From contig NIVC01003980.1 of assembly GCA_002269645.1 (NCBI GenBank), forward strand, positions 2,679 to 66,678: 64,000 nt of DNA, given 5' to 3'. The notes under the pieces were generated by a model. It was not told the DNA's origin and made no database searches. It saw only the letters and a list, made by a program, of their open reading frames with translations. The position numbers were made by a program, and so were the translations under genes. This document shows positions 39,853 through 52,172 of this stretch, one piece after another. Source of the stretch: Macrostomum lignano. Taxonomy: Eukaryota. How positions within the stretch are numbered: the first letter of the stretch is position 1; the number at the start of each line of letters is the position of its first letter.

Positions 39853-40744
39853 CCCTAAGGCACAGTGAAGTGTACATGCCTAACGATAAAATAAAGTTAG
39901 GGCTGCTGTACATTCTTGTGTGAATGTATGTCTATATATCTATGCACTTGTATACTTGCTCATGGTAGTTGGGGGAATAGGCAGTAATGTCTCTTGCCGG
40001 TTGTGTGTCTATGTCACTTAAAGGTCACTTAAAGTGTGCCAGGGTGCACATAACCCCCTTGCCTCTAATAAAAAAAGCCAAGAATCTAAGAAAGCCAAGA
40101 TAACCAAAGCCTAATAATGCCTAAAAAGTCAATCTTAGACCTAACTAAAATATATAAAAAAGATTTTTATCTTTGTGTCTTAAATATATATTTAACATAT
40201 TAAAAGTTTATTTTCTGATTCAAGGGCAATATAATAGACTTAAACTAGGCCTAATATTACTAACCAAATAAATATTATAAAACAAAAGATAGAAATCTAA
40301 ATTAAATAGTTATCTAATTAATCTAATTTGATTAATTATTTTTAGACAAATCCTAGTATATAAAGTTTACAATTGAAATGTAGAGTTATTTTAGTTTTTT
40401 GAAAGGTTTTAGAATTAAACAAAAAGCCTAAAAGGTAATACAATTGAAAATAAGATAAATAGTGTTATGATAATTAAAAGTTTATTAAAATAGAATAAAC
40501 AATATTATTTATACTAGATTTATAATTTTATAAAGACAAAAGCATTTTTGAATATGTCCAACAAATTCTTAGTACAATAAACCTAAGTAAACTCTTACTA
40601 AGAGTTTGTTGGACAGTGGACACTTACTCTTCCTTGCTGATGAAAACTCTTAGCATAATAAATGAAAAAAAATTATAAGCATATTGTAGCTCATTTGAAT
40701 AGATAATAAATAAAAACATTAATAGTTTTAATGTACTGGAGCCT

Positions 40745-40921
40745 AGGGGCAGACCTAGTATTTTATTGAGGGGGGGGAGCAAGCCTCACATCTGGTCAGG
40801 CCAGAGCTGCAATTAGGGTACCATGATACCAATACAGCATGATACCAATACATCTGAGGATTTTTTGGCTGAGCTAAGGGGGGCCATGGCCCTTTTGGCC
40901 CCCCCCCTTGGTCCACCCCTG
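40745..40921. mobile_element. Short MITE of the AGGGGCGGA...TCCGCCCCTG type; a one-ended relative lies at ~5596-5660
   Basis: AGGGGCAGACC ... GGTCCACCCCTG imperfect TIRs with the typical G-run/C-run subterminal motifs. Confidence 0.5.
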
Positions 40922-41504
40922 TTAAAGCCTATCATACAGAGCTTTATAAGATATTCTTTAGTTTACCCATTATACCATGAATATATTTTTATTATAGTCT
41001 ATCGTATTGTATTTAGCTTTAGTTTTGCATCTTAAATTTTAACAATAATTACAAAATTGGCACCCTGTTTTTTGCAAGTGAGATTTTACTTCAATTCAAT
41101 TTTAATTTTATATTCAATTTTAGTTCTATAGAGATTTTTAGAATGCAAATCTTTTTTGAAATACCAATATTTTTTAAGAAATCTTGCAAATGCTTTTGAC
41201 TTTGAAATCAAGATAGAGAAAGGTCACAAGACTGATTAATAATAAAAATTAGAGCTATTATTTCAAGTGTAGGAGAGGTAGATACAAAGATATTCTATTT
41301 TATTTTATAACATTTTGGCTGATGTTAGTTAGCTCCTAAATAGAAAAAGTATTAAAATTTTATATAAAAATGTACAGCTCTTGCTTAAAATGCTAAAAAG
41401 AATGTAATAAATATAAAGGCATATAGATATGCTATAAATAAAACTTTAAAAAGGAAATAAAACTGTGCTTAGAGAATGCTCAACACTCGCCAATCTTTGA
41501 TGCA

Positions 41505-44500
41505 ATGAACTTGCGGCCAGTGTGCCCCAATGGCCAGTACTTACCGCCGCAGTTTTATGCCGCCTCGGCGGCTGCAGCCGCAGCAGCTGGCGCCCCATTG
41601 CCCCTAGCAACAGTTGCTAGCAGCATCCCTGGCGGTCTAGTTGCCATGCCAACAGTGACAAGCGCTGCTGGTCTGCAGTATGTCATGCTGCCTCAGCAGC
41701 AGCAGCAACTGCAACAGCAGCAGCAACAACAGCTGATGCTTCAGCAAGCTCAGGCTGCGGCCGCTGCTGCCTCGCTGTACAACCCAGCTGGAGGACACGG
41801 GATGCTGACTAATCCCCTTCATCAGCTGATGCTAGCCCAGGCCCAGCAGCAGCAGCAGCAACAGCAACAGCAGCAACAGTTTCTGCTAGCCCAGAACTAC
41901 TATGCACAGCAGCTGGCTGCCGCAGCGGCAATCTCTCAGGCCCAACAGCAGCAGCAGCAGCAGCAGGCACTGCAGTTACAGCAGTTTCACCAGCTTCAGC
42001 AGCACCTGCAGGCGCAGCATCTGCTTCATCAGCATCATCTGCAGCAGCAGCAGCTGCATCAGCAGCGCAATCATCATTCGTCATCGTCAATGAAAGGCTA
42101 CAGCGGAGGTCCTGGCACGCCCGGCCATGCGTCAGCCGTGTCCAGCGCAGTCACGACTCCCCGACCGCAGTCCTCCATTGACGTGGCCGGAGCTGCGGCC
42201 GCCACCGCTGCTGCTGCTTCTGCTGCGGCTTCGACTTCAACAGCAGCTGAGTTGCCGAGCTCCATCTCTGATGAGGACGGCTTAAAGTCCTCGCCGGAGC
42301 AGCAGCAGCAGCAGCAGTCTACCAGATGGCAGCGGCTTGTAGATGAGAATGGATGCGTTTCGTATCGCAGGTAATTTATTAAATCATTTCTGTTATGCCT
42401 GCATATTCTATATATAATACCGAGCCTCTATTATTGAATTGGACTGTAAATCTGTCTATTTCTTTTGTATCTCCTTATCTCCGTTTATATTCATACTCCA
42501 TAGAGACTAACTATACATTTTTTGAATAAATAATATCGTCTGTCTTTGTTTATCGGCTTGTTATTGCGTAAGTTCTTTTCTTTGGATAAACCAACTTGTA
42601 ATTGTGTTGTTCATCTGTGCTTAGAGTAATAACATATGAGACAGATTATTATTATAAGTTATCTTCAAGTTGGCGCTAAAATTGATCTTGAATTTGGCGC
42701 TAAAATCAATCTTCTTTTGCGCTTAAGTCTATGTTAGTTTGGCGCTAAAGTTAATATTCAATTTGGCGCTTAAATTAATAATCTTTTGTTAGTATATGAG
42801 CCATATTTTCTTAACTTATCTAAATTCAAATGACGGTCGAATCAATTTAGGATTTTTTAAGTTGCTTTTTTCACTATTGTAGTCGCTACCGTCTACTGTT
42901 ATGAGTAGGGCGGATAGCGCAGTGTTAGTTTTACTTTCAGGCATTTTAGGTTCACTCTCAGTCTCAAGGCTTTGGAACGGTAATGTTATAATTATTCTTT
43001 CATTTCCTGCAGCTCTTATAATGGGCGCATTGGGGATCTGGGTGCATTGAGGATCTGGATGTATTAAGGATCTGGTGTATTGAGGATCTGGTGTATTGAG
43101 AATCTGGTGTATTGGGGATCTGAGTGCATTGAGGATCTGGGTGTATTGAGAATCTGGTGTATTGAGAATCTGGTGTATTAAGGATCTGGTGTATTGGGGA
43201 TCTGGATGTATTGGGGATCTAGTGTATTGAGAATCTGGTGTATTGGGGATCTGGTGTATTGGGGATCTGGTGTATTGGGGATCTGGTGTATTGAGAATCT
43301 GGTGTATTGGGGATCTGGTGTATTGGGGATCTGGTGTATTGGGGATCTGGTGTATTAAGGATCTGGTGTATTGGGGATCTGGTGTATTGAGAATCTGGTG
43401 TATTGGGGATCTGGTGTATTGAGAATCTGGTGTATTGGGGATCTGGTGTATTGAGAATCTGGTGTATTGAGAATCTGGTGTATTGAGAATCTGGTGTATT
43501 AAGGATCTGGTGTATTGGGGATCTGGATGTATTGGGGATCTAGTGTATTGAGAATCTGGTGTATTGGGGATCTGGTGTATTGGGGATCTGGTGTATTAAG
43601 GATCTGGTGTATTGGGGATCTGGTGTATTGAGAATCTGGTGTATTGGGGATCTGGTGTATTGAGAATCTGGTGTATTGGGGATCTGGTGTATTGGGGATC
43701 TGGTGTATTGAGAATCTGGTGTATTGGGGATCTGGTGTATTGAGAATCTGGTGTATTGGGGATCTGGTGTATTGGGGATCTGGTGTATTGAGAATCTGGT
43801 GTATTGGGGATCTGGTGTATTGGGGATCTGGTGTATTGAGAATCTGGTGTATTGGGGATCTGAGTGCATTGAGGATCTGGGTGTATTGAGAATCTGGTGT
43901 ATTGGGGATCTGGTGCATTGGGGATCTGGTGTATTGGGGATCTGGTGTATTGAGAATCTGGTGTATTGAGAATCTGGTGTATTGGGGATCTGGTGTATTG
44001 GGGATCTGGTGTATTGAGAATCTGGTGTATTGGGGATCTGGTGTATTGGGGATCTGGTGTATTGGGGATCTGGTGTATTAAGGATCTGGTGTATTGGGGA
44101 TCTGGTGCATTGGGGATCTGGTGTATTGGGGATCTGGTGTATTGAGAATCTGGTGTATTGGGGATCTGGTGTATTGGGGATCTGGTGTATTGAGAATCTG
44201 GTGTATTGGGGATCTGGTGTATTGAGAATCTGGTGTATTGAGAATCTGGTGTATTGGGGATCTGGTGTATTGGGGATCTGGTGTATTGAGAATCTGGTGT
44301 ATTGGGGATCTGGTGTATTGGGGATCTGGTGTATTGGGGATCTGGTGTATTAAGGATCTGGTGTATTGGGGATCTGGTGTATTGAGAATCTGGTGTATTG
44401 GGGATCTGGTGTATTGGGGATCTGGTGTATTGAGAATCTGGTGTATTGGGGATCTGGTGTATTGAGGATCTGGGTGTATTGGGGATCTGGTGTATTGAGA

Positions 44501-47500
44501 ATCTGGTGTATTGGGGATCTGGTGTATTGAGGATCTGGGTGTATTGGGGATCTGGTGTATTGAGAATCTGGTGTATTGGGGATCTGGTGTATTGAGAATC
44601 TGGTGTATTGGGGATCTGGGTGTATTGAGAATCTGGTGTATTGGGGATCTGGTGTATTGGGGATCTGGTGTATTAAGGATCTGGTGTATTGGGGATCTGG
44701 TGTATTGAGAATCTGGTGTATTGGGGATCTGGTGTATTGGGGATCTGGTGTATTGAGAATCTGGTGTATTGGGGATCTGGTGTATTGAGAATCTGGTGTA
44801 TTGGGGATCTGGTGTATTGGGGATCTGGTGTATTGAGAATCTGGTGTATTGGGGATCTGGTGTATTGAGAATCTGGTGTATTGGGGATCTGGTGTATTGG
44901 GGATCTGGTGTATTGAGAATCTGGTGTATTGAGAATCTGGTGTATTGGGGATCTGGTGTATTGGGGATCTGGTGTATTGGGGATCTGGTGTATTAAGGAT
45001 CTGGTGTATTGGGGATCTGGTGCATTGGGGATCTGGTGTATTGGGGATCTGGTGTATTGAGAATCTGGTGTATTGGGGATCTGGTGTATTGGGGATCTGG
45101 TGTATTGAGAATCTGGTGTATTGGGGATCTGGTGTATTGGGGATCTGGTGTATTGGGGATCTGGTGTATTGAGAATCTGGTGTATTGGGGATCTGGTGTA
45201 TTGGGGATCTGGTGCATTGGGGATCTGGTGCATTGGGGATCTGGTGTATTAAGGATCTGGTGTATTGGGGATCTGGTGTATTGAGAATCTGGTGTATTGG
45301 GGATCTGGTGTATTGGGGATCTGGTGTATTGAGAATCTGGTGTATTGGGGATCTGGTGTATTGGGGATCTGGTGTATTGGGGATCTGGTGTATTAAGGAT
45401 CTGGTGTATTGGGGATCTGGTGTATTGAGAATCTGGTGTATTGGGGATCTGGTGTATTGGGGATCTGGTGTATTGAGAATCTGGTGTATTGGGGATCTGG
45501 TGTATTGAGGATCTGGGTGTATTGGGGATCTGGTGTATTGAGAATCTGGTGTATTGGGGATCTGGTGTATTGAGGATCTGGGTGTATTGGGGATCTGGTG
45601 TATTGAGAATCTGGTGTATTGGGGATCTGGTGTATTGAGAATCTGGTGTATTGGGGATCTGGTGTATTGGGGATCTGGTGTATTAAGGATCTGGTGTATT
45701 GGGGATCTGGTGTATTGAGAATCTGGTGTATTGGGGATCTGGTGTATTGGGGATCTGGTGTATTGAGAATCTGGTGTATTGGGGATCTGGTGTATTGAGA
45801 ATCTGGTGTATTGGGGATCTGGTGTATTGGGGATCTGGTGTATTGAGAATCTGGTGTATTGGGGATCTGGTGTATTGAGAATCTGGTGTATTGGGGATCT
45901 GGTGTATTGGGGATCTGGTGTATTGAGAATCTGGTGTATTGGGGATCTGGTGTATTGGGGATCTGGTGTATTGAGAATCTGGTGTATTGGGGATCTGAGT
46001 GCATTGAGGATCTGGGTGTATTGAGAATCTGGTGTATTGGGGATCTGGTGCATTGGGGATCTGGTGTATTGGGGATCTGGTGTATTGAGAATCTGGTGTA
46101 TTGAGAATCTGGTGTATTGGGGATCTGGTGTATTGGGGATCTGGTGTATTGAGAATCTGGTGTATTGGGGATCTGGTGTATTGGGGATCTGGTGTATTGG
46201 GGATCTGGTGTATTGAGAATCTGGTGTATTGAGAATCTGGTGTATTGGGGATCTGGTGTATTGGGGATCTGGTGCATTGGGGATCTGGTGCATTGGGGAT
46301 CTGGGTGTATTGGGGATCTGGTGTATTGGGGATCTGGTGTATTGGGGATCTGGTGTATTGAGAATCTGGTGTATTGGGGATCTGGTGTATTGGGGATCTG
46401 GTGTATTGGGGATCTGGTGTATTGGGGATCTGGTGTATTGAGAATCTGGTGTATTGGGGATCTGGTGTATTGAGGATCTGGGTGTATTGGGGATCTGGTG
46501 TATTGAGAATCTGGTGTATTGGGGATCTGGTGTATTGAGGATCTGGGTGTATTGGGGATCTGGTGTATTGAGAATCTGGTGTATTGGGGATCTGGTGTAT
46601 TGGGGATCTGGTGTATTAAGGATCTGGTGTATTGGGGATCTGGTGTATTGAGAATCTGGTGTATTGGGGATCTGGTGTATTGGGGATCTGGTGTATTGAG
46701 AATCTGGTGTATTGGGGATCTGGTGTATTGAGAATCTGGTGTATTGGGGATCTGGTGTATTGGGGATCTGGTGTATTGAGAATCTGGTGTATTGGGGATC
46801 TGGTGTATTGAGAATCTGGTGTATTGGGGATCTGGTGTATTGGGGATCTGGTGTATTGAGAATCTGGTGTATTGGGGATCTGGTGTATTGGGGATCTGGT
46901 GTATTGAGAATCTGGTGTATTGGGGATCTGAGTGCATTGAGGATCTGGGTGTATTGAGAATCTGGTGTATTGGGGATCTGGTGCATTGGGGATCTGGTGT
47001 ATTGGGGATCTGGTGTATTGAGAATCTGGTGTATTGGGGATCTGGTGTATTGGGGATCTGGTGTATTGAGAATCTGGTGTATTGGGGATCTGGTGTATTG
47101 GGGATCTGGTGTATTGGGGATCTGGTGTATTGAGAATCTGGTGTATTGAGAATCTGGTGTATTGGGGATCTGGTGTATTGGGGATCTGGTGCATTGGGGA
47201 TCTGGTGCATTGGGGATCTGGGTGTATTGGGGATCTGGTGTATTGGGGATCTGGTGTATTGGGGATCTGGTGTATTGAGAATCTGGTGTATTGGGGATCT
47301 GGTGTATTGGGGATCTGGTGTATTGGGGATCTGGTGTATTAAGGATCTGGTGTATTGGGGATCTGGTGCATTGGGGATCTGGTGTATTGGGGATCTGGTG
47401 TATTGAGAATCTGGTGTATTGGGGATCTGGTGTATTGGGGATCTGGTGTATTGAGAATCTGGTGTATTGGGGATCTGGTGTATTGGGGATCTGGTGTATT

Positions 47501-50500
47501 GGGGATCTGGTGTATTGGGGATCTGGTGTATTGAGAATCTGGTGTATTGGGGATCTGGTGTATTGGGGATCTGGTGCATTGGGGATCTGGTGCATTGGGG
47601 ATCTGGGTGTATTGGGGATCTGGGTGCATTGAGGATCTGGGATCAATTCCATGGGCACATGGGATTCCATAATCTTGCATATCAACAATTATTTGTCAAA
47701 ATAGTTCTGAAATGTGTTGAAAATCTGTGTATTAAAACTAATAATTTTACAACTAATGCCTATTTTATATGCTACTTAATCGTATTGCATCACCCTTTGG
47801 GGCCGCCGAGGTTCGCCAGCAGTGAGTGTCTTGACTTGCACAACTATATTTATTAATATTATATTAAATTATATTTTGTGTTCGTTCCGTTTTTTGGCCT
47901 TGGTAAAGATATTTGATTTAAGCAGAGTTTTTTTTTTAAAAAGTACATTGTGTCCCGGCTATCCCTTGCAATCAATAAATGCTACTCAAAGCAGGACTCG
48001 GCAGCATTCAGTCGGCTCAGCAGCATTCGGTACGCTCTCTAACTGCTAATTAATTATGTTAATTAATTAATTAAAGCAGCTCTTTCTTGCCACGAGAAGG
48101 GTTGAGACCAAGTGGCCTTGGTTTGCCAACAAAGAAATCTGTCTTTTAAATATCCTTACAATACTACTTAATATATATATCGTTCATTTCTATGTATAAA
48201 AGACACACAAACAGCGTAGTGGCTTGTTGATTTCAGTTTCTTAATATTCATCATATATATGCATTTGTATTTATTGTCAAAGATTGAAACGCGTAGTGTG
48301 ACTCTTTGCACCCAGCAAGCTCTCTTTATGTGTTTGTTTACTAATCAGTTTTTTACCAACTTTTTACTGACCGTTGCTACCTGCCTATAATTTTGGTAAT
48401 ACTGCCTTTGTTGGATTAATTGAATTTGGTCGTGTAACTTTATAATTATTTATCCTAGTGGTACACTGCAGCTCTTGACTTTTGTGAATGATATAACAAG
48501 CATTATAATTTATTAATTAATCACTACACACTGCCGACACACGCCGCACACTTTGCGACTTTGGCCCAGTTAATTACGTACTTAACATAATCGGATTAGA
48601 ACTAAGTGTTTTTTAAGTGTGCTCTTCAAGTAGTTCTTTTATTGTGTGTGCTTGCGCGTATGGTCTTCCCAAACCAACTCCCAGGCATTCGCAATATTCC
48701 CTCCGCATATAATTATTCAAATTGTTTGTTATATTTTGCTTTTTCTTTCATTTCTTAAGTGTGTGACACTTAGGTTTTGCTGCAATCTGCTTATCAAATC
48801 AGTCATCTCCAGGTATTTTTGGCCTCGAGAGACTGACCTGTTTGTTTCCTTCTGTTGAGCCATAGAAATCTATCATCTTGACCCATAGGAAACCTTTGAC
48901 TTTAGGTTTAAGACCCTTTTGTAGTCAGTGCTTCTGCTAGTGGGTCAATGTGCTGGGTCAAGATCCCCGCTCCTTGACCCTCATTCAGTCAGTGGGTCAG
49001 GAATCCCCAAACATTGACCCTCATTTAGCCAGTGGGTCAGGAATCCCCACACCTTGACCCTCATTCAGTGGGTCAGGAATCCACACACCCTGACCCTCAT
49101 TCAGTCAGTGGGTCAGGAATCCCCACACCTTGACCCTCATTCAGTCAGTGGGTCAGGAATCCACACCATGACCCTCATTCAGTCAGTGGGTCAGGAATCC
49201 CCACACCTTGACCCTCATTTAGCCAGTGGGTCAGGAATCCCCACACCTTGACCCTCATTCAGTCAGTGGGTCAGGAATCCCCACACCTTGACCCTCATTC
49301 AGTTAGTGGGCCAGGAATCCCACACCTTGACTTCATTCAACCAGTGGGTCAAGAATCCACACCATTGACCCTCATTCAGTCAGTGGGTCGGGAATCCACA
49401 CCCTTGACCCTCATTCAGTCAGTGGGTCAGGAATCCCCACACCTTGACCCTCATTTAGTCAGTGGGTCAGAAATCACCACACCTTGTCCCTCATTTAGCC
49501 AGTGGGTCAGGAATCCCCACACCTTGACCCACCGGCAGATAGTTTCACTATGGCGATTCACATCTGCTCAACTCTCTGTCCTCAATCGTCTGCTCTCCGG
49601 CCACTCTCACAATCTTAAATCCTCCCACCTGCTCCCTGTCAACTCGCCCAGTCATTAATCTGATTTCCCACTTGACTCCGTCAGCTGCTCAGGCGAGCTT
49701 TTGTCAAGCGCCGACGCCGTGCGTGGCTACCTCAGCCGCCCCGATGCCTGCCTGTGCGCCCTGCCGCTGGCCTGCGACCTTCGTCAACGACGTTCTCGAC
49801 AGCGACGTCGACAGGCCGACGAGCAGCAAGACGGCGGCGCCGAGACTTCAACGGTAGAGGACGCGGCCGAAGACTCCGATGAAGCAGTTACGCTGCCAGA
49901 GGATTCCGCCGAAGCTCTGGAAGCCGCCAGACGGCTGTTCAACTTCCGGCCAGACAGTCCCGCTCTGTGGCCGCCGCCGCTGCCAGCTGAGGAGCAGCAG
50001 AGGCTGGAGACTTGCCGGAGCGCCAAGCGGCTGGAGTTGAAGCGGGCAGCGGACTCGGCTGTCGCGGCTGAGGATGAAGAGGCGGCGAAGAAATCAAAGG
50101 AGGCTGAGGTGGGTCATCTCTGACAAGTATTTACTAGTGTAGGGCAGGGGTCGGAAAAGTTTTTAATCTCGAGGGAGGAGAAAGAGAGAGGAGAGAAGAG
50201 GAGAGGAGGGGAGAAATGAGAGAGAGGAGAAGAGAAGAATGGAGAGGAGAGGAGAAGAGAGGTGATAAGGAGAGATGCGAGAAAGAAGAGAAAAAGCTGA
50301 GAAAAGCGGGCCGGATAGAGGAGAGTCTTTGCCTTCCCCTGATATCGGGGGGGGGGGGGGCACTAATAGACACGCTCATACGCTGGGGTACACTGTGTGC
50401 GGAGGTTCGTGTTGAGCAAGAGTCGAACAATTAGCATCTGTGTTCCATTCCTTTTCAGACAGCCGAACCAGACCCCAGCGACGCGGCGCAGGATCTGTCA

Positions 50501-50977
50501 TCTGGGGCAGCTGCTGCTGGGTCATGCCAAGCAGAATCCGGTGCTGCAGCAGAAGAGAAGCTCAACGAAGAAGAACCGGATGACCTTGAAGCCAGCGCCG
50601 AGAGCGTCAATGTGATCGCCCCGCGCCGGGTTGCCACTCCGGAGTCCCGCCTGCTCGTAGCTGGCAGCTCCGTCACCTGGGTGTCCGGCCCCCTAGCAAC
50701 GCAGACCGCTCCCGTGCAGGCCTGGGCCGGCTCTGCTAGCCGGCATCGCCACGCTTCCAACGGCTGTTTTCCTGGCGCCCCGTCGATGCCGCTGCAGCAG
50801 CCGCCGCTGGGACGTCAGCGAGCTCCGTCCGCTCCGGATGGTCGGCCAACGCAACTCGCCGTTGTGATGTCGCCAAAATCGCTGATGAGCAGGGAATTCC
50901 TGCCTGCTGCAGTCGCCCTGCCAGAGGCTGCGGCTGATGGAGCGCAGCTGGGACCGGATGGGGATGCAAATCCCTGA
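41505..50977 (+). CDS. MBD5: MBD5/MBD6 (six-banded)-like methyl-CpG-binding-domain protein with polyQ/polyA N-terminus; exons 41505-42370, 49685-50108, 50459-50977
   Basis: The spliced junction reads WQRLVDENGCVSYR|SCSGELLSSADAVRGYLSRPDACLCAL...RLFNFRP, aligning with MBD5 [40 protein letters not shown]...VFNFDP (recalled). Splice phases 2 and 0 fit. No PWWP domain seen. Confidence 0.75.
43022..47640. repeat. 4.6-kb intronic satellite, 16-bp unit TGGTGTATTG(GGG/AGA)ATC with higher-order duplications
   Basis: About 290 units; identical translated blocks recur at 43644, 45779 and 46712. Confidence 0.98.
48960..49530. repeat. Minisatellite, ~40-bp unit TTGACCCTCATTCAGTCAGTGGGTCAGGAATCCCCACACC
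   Basis: About 14 copies. Confidence 0.95.
50170..50295. repeat. GA-rich purine tract
   Basis: Direct reading. Confidence 0.85.
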
Positions 50978-51004
50978 CTGACTGGCCTGCGGTGAGTGCT
51001 GGGG

Positions 51005-51021
51005 CTGACAGACTGACAGAC

Positions 51022-51060
<39 letters not shown>
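51005..51060. repeat. (GACA)n microsatellite
   Basis: Direct reading. Confidence 0.9.
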
Positions 51061-51614
51061 GCTAAAAGTCTAACAAACCGTTCCCTTCGTAGTGAAATTA
51101 TTGTATTTTTCATTATTCAACCTACACTACTCGTGTCAGTAGAAATGTAGAAATATCGCTATTTATTTTCAGAATGGCAGCTTGGCGACCTAATGAATTG
51201 GGTTGAGAAAGATTAGAAATTTAACTGCCTCTGGCGAGTTTTCCGTGTGCGAATTCTCCCCCTGACCTACAAAAGTCCGACTCGGCCTCTGCTGCACTCA
51301 CTTCCTCATTTTAATTCCCGTTTAGACTAAATGCTTCATATTATAGTTTGTTATTGCGTTTCGAAATTTTCTGAAAGCTTTTTGTATCCTCTATATATAT
51401 ATATATAATGTAAACATGTGTAATGCTGTAAGCCTAACGGAACTTAATACGCTATTCCAATCACATGCATACAGGTAGTTTTTTGCTTTGTCTAATCTGT
51501 TCTATCTATAAAAAATAGACATATTTATTATATATTATGTGTTATCATAAAAGGAATAAACTTTGACTGCAACTAAGACAGACAGACAGACAGACAGCAA
51601 GACCAACTTTAAGA

Positions 51615-52172
51615 AGGACACTGAAACAGACACTGAGACAGACACTGAGATAGACACTGAGACAGACACTGAGACAGACACTGAGACAGACACTAAGACA
51701 GACACTGAGACAGACACTGAGACAGACACTGAGACAGACACTGAGACAGACACTGAGATAGACACTGAGACAGACACTGAGACAGACACTGAGACAGACA
51801 CTAAGACAGACACTAAAACAGACACTGAGACAGACACTGAGACAGACACTAAAACAGACACTGAGACAGACACTGAGACAGACACTAAAACAGACACTAA
51901 AACAGACACTGAGACAGACACTGAGACAGACACTAAGACAGACACTAAAACAGACACTGAGACAGACACTGAGACAGACACTAAAACAGACACTGAGACA
52001 GACACTGAGACAGACACTAAAACAGACACTGAGACAGGCTCTAAGACAGACACTGAGACAGGCTTTAAGACAGACACTGAGACAGGCTCTAAGACAGACA
52101 CTGAGACAGGCTCTAAGACAGACACTGAGACAGGCTCTAAGACAGACACTGAGACAGGCTTTAAGACAGACA
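51615..52172. repeat. Minisatellite, 12-bp unit GAGACAGACACT grading into a 24-bp variant
   Basis: About 45 copies; the TETD/SVSV ORFs are artefacts. Confidence 0.95.

Noticed and set aside
44350-47688. 1112-aa and 728-aa ORFs
   Set aside because: They are translations of a stop-poor 16-bp satellite lying antisense in an intron; the unit is not a multiple of 3 and frames switch arbitrarily.
51172-51215. PWWP domain start (WQLGDLMNWV) for the MBD5-like gene
   Set aside because: The frame stops after 14 codons and there is no PWWP-like motif.
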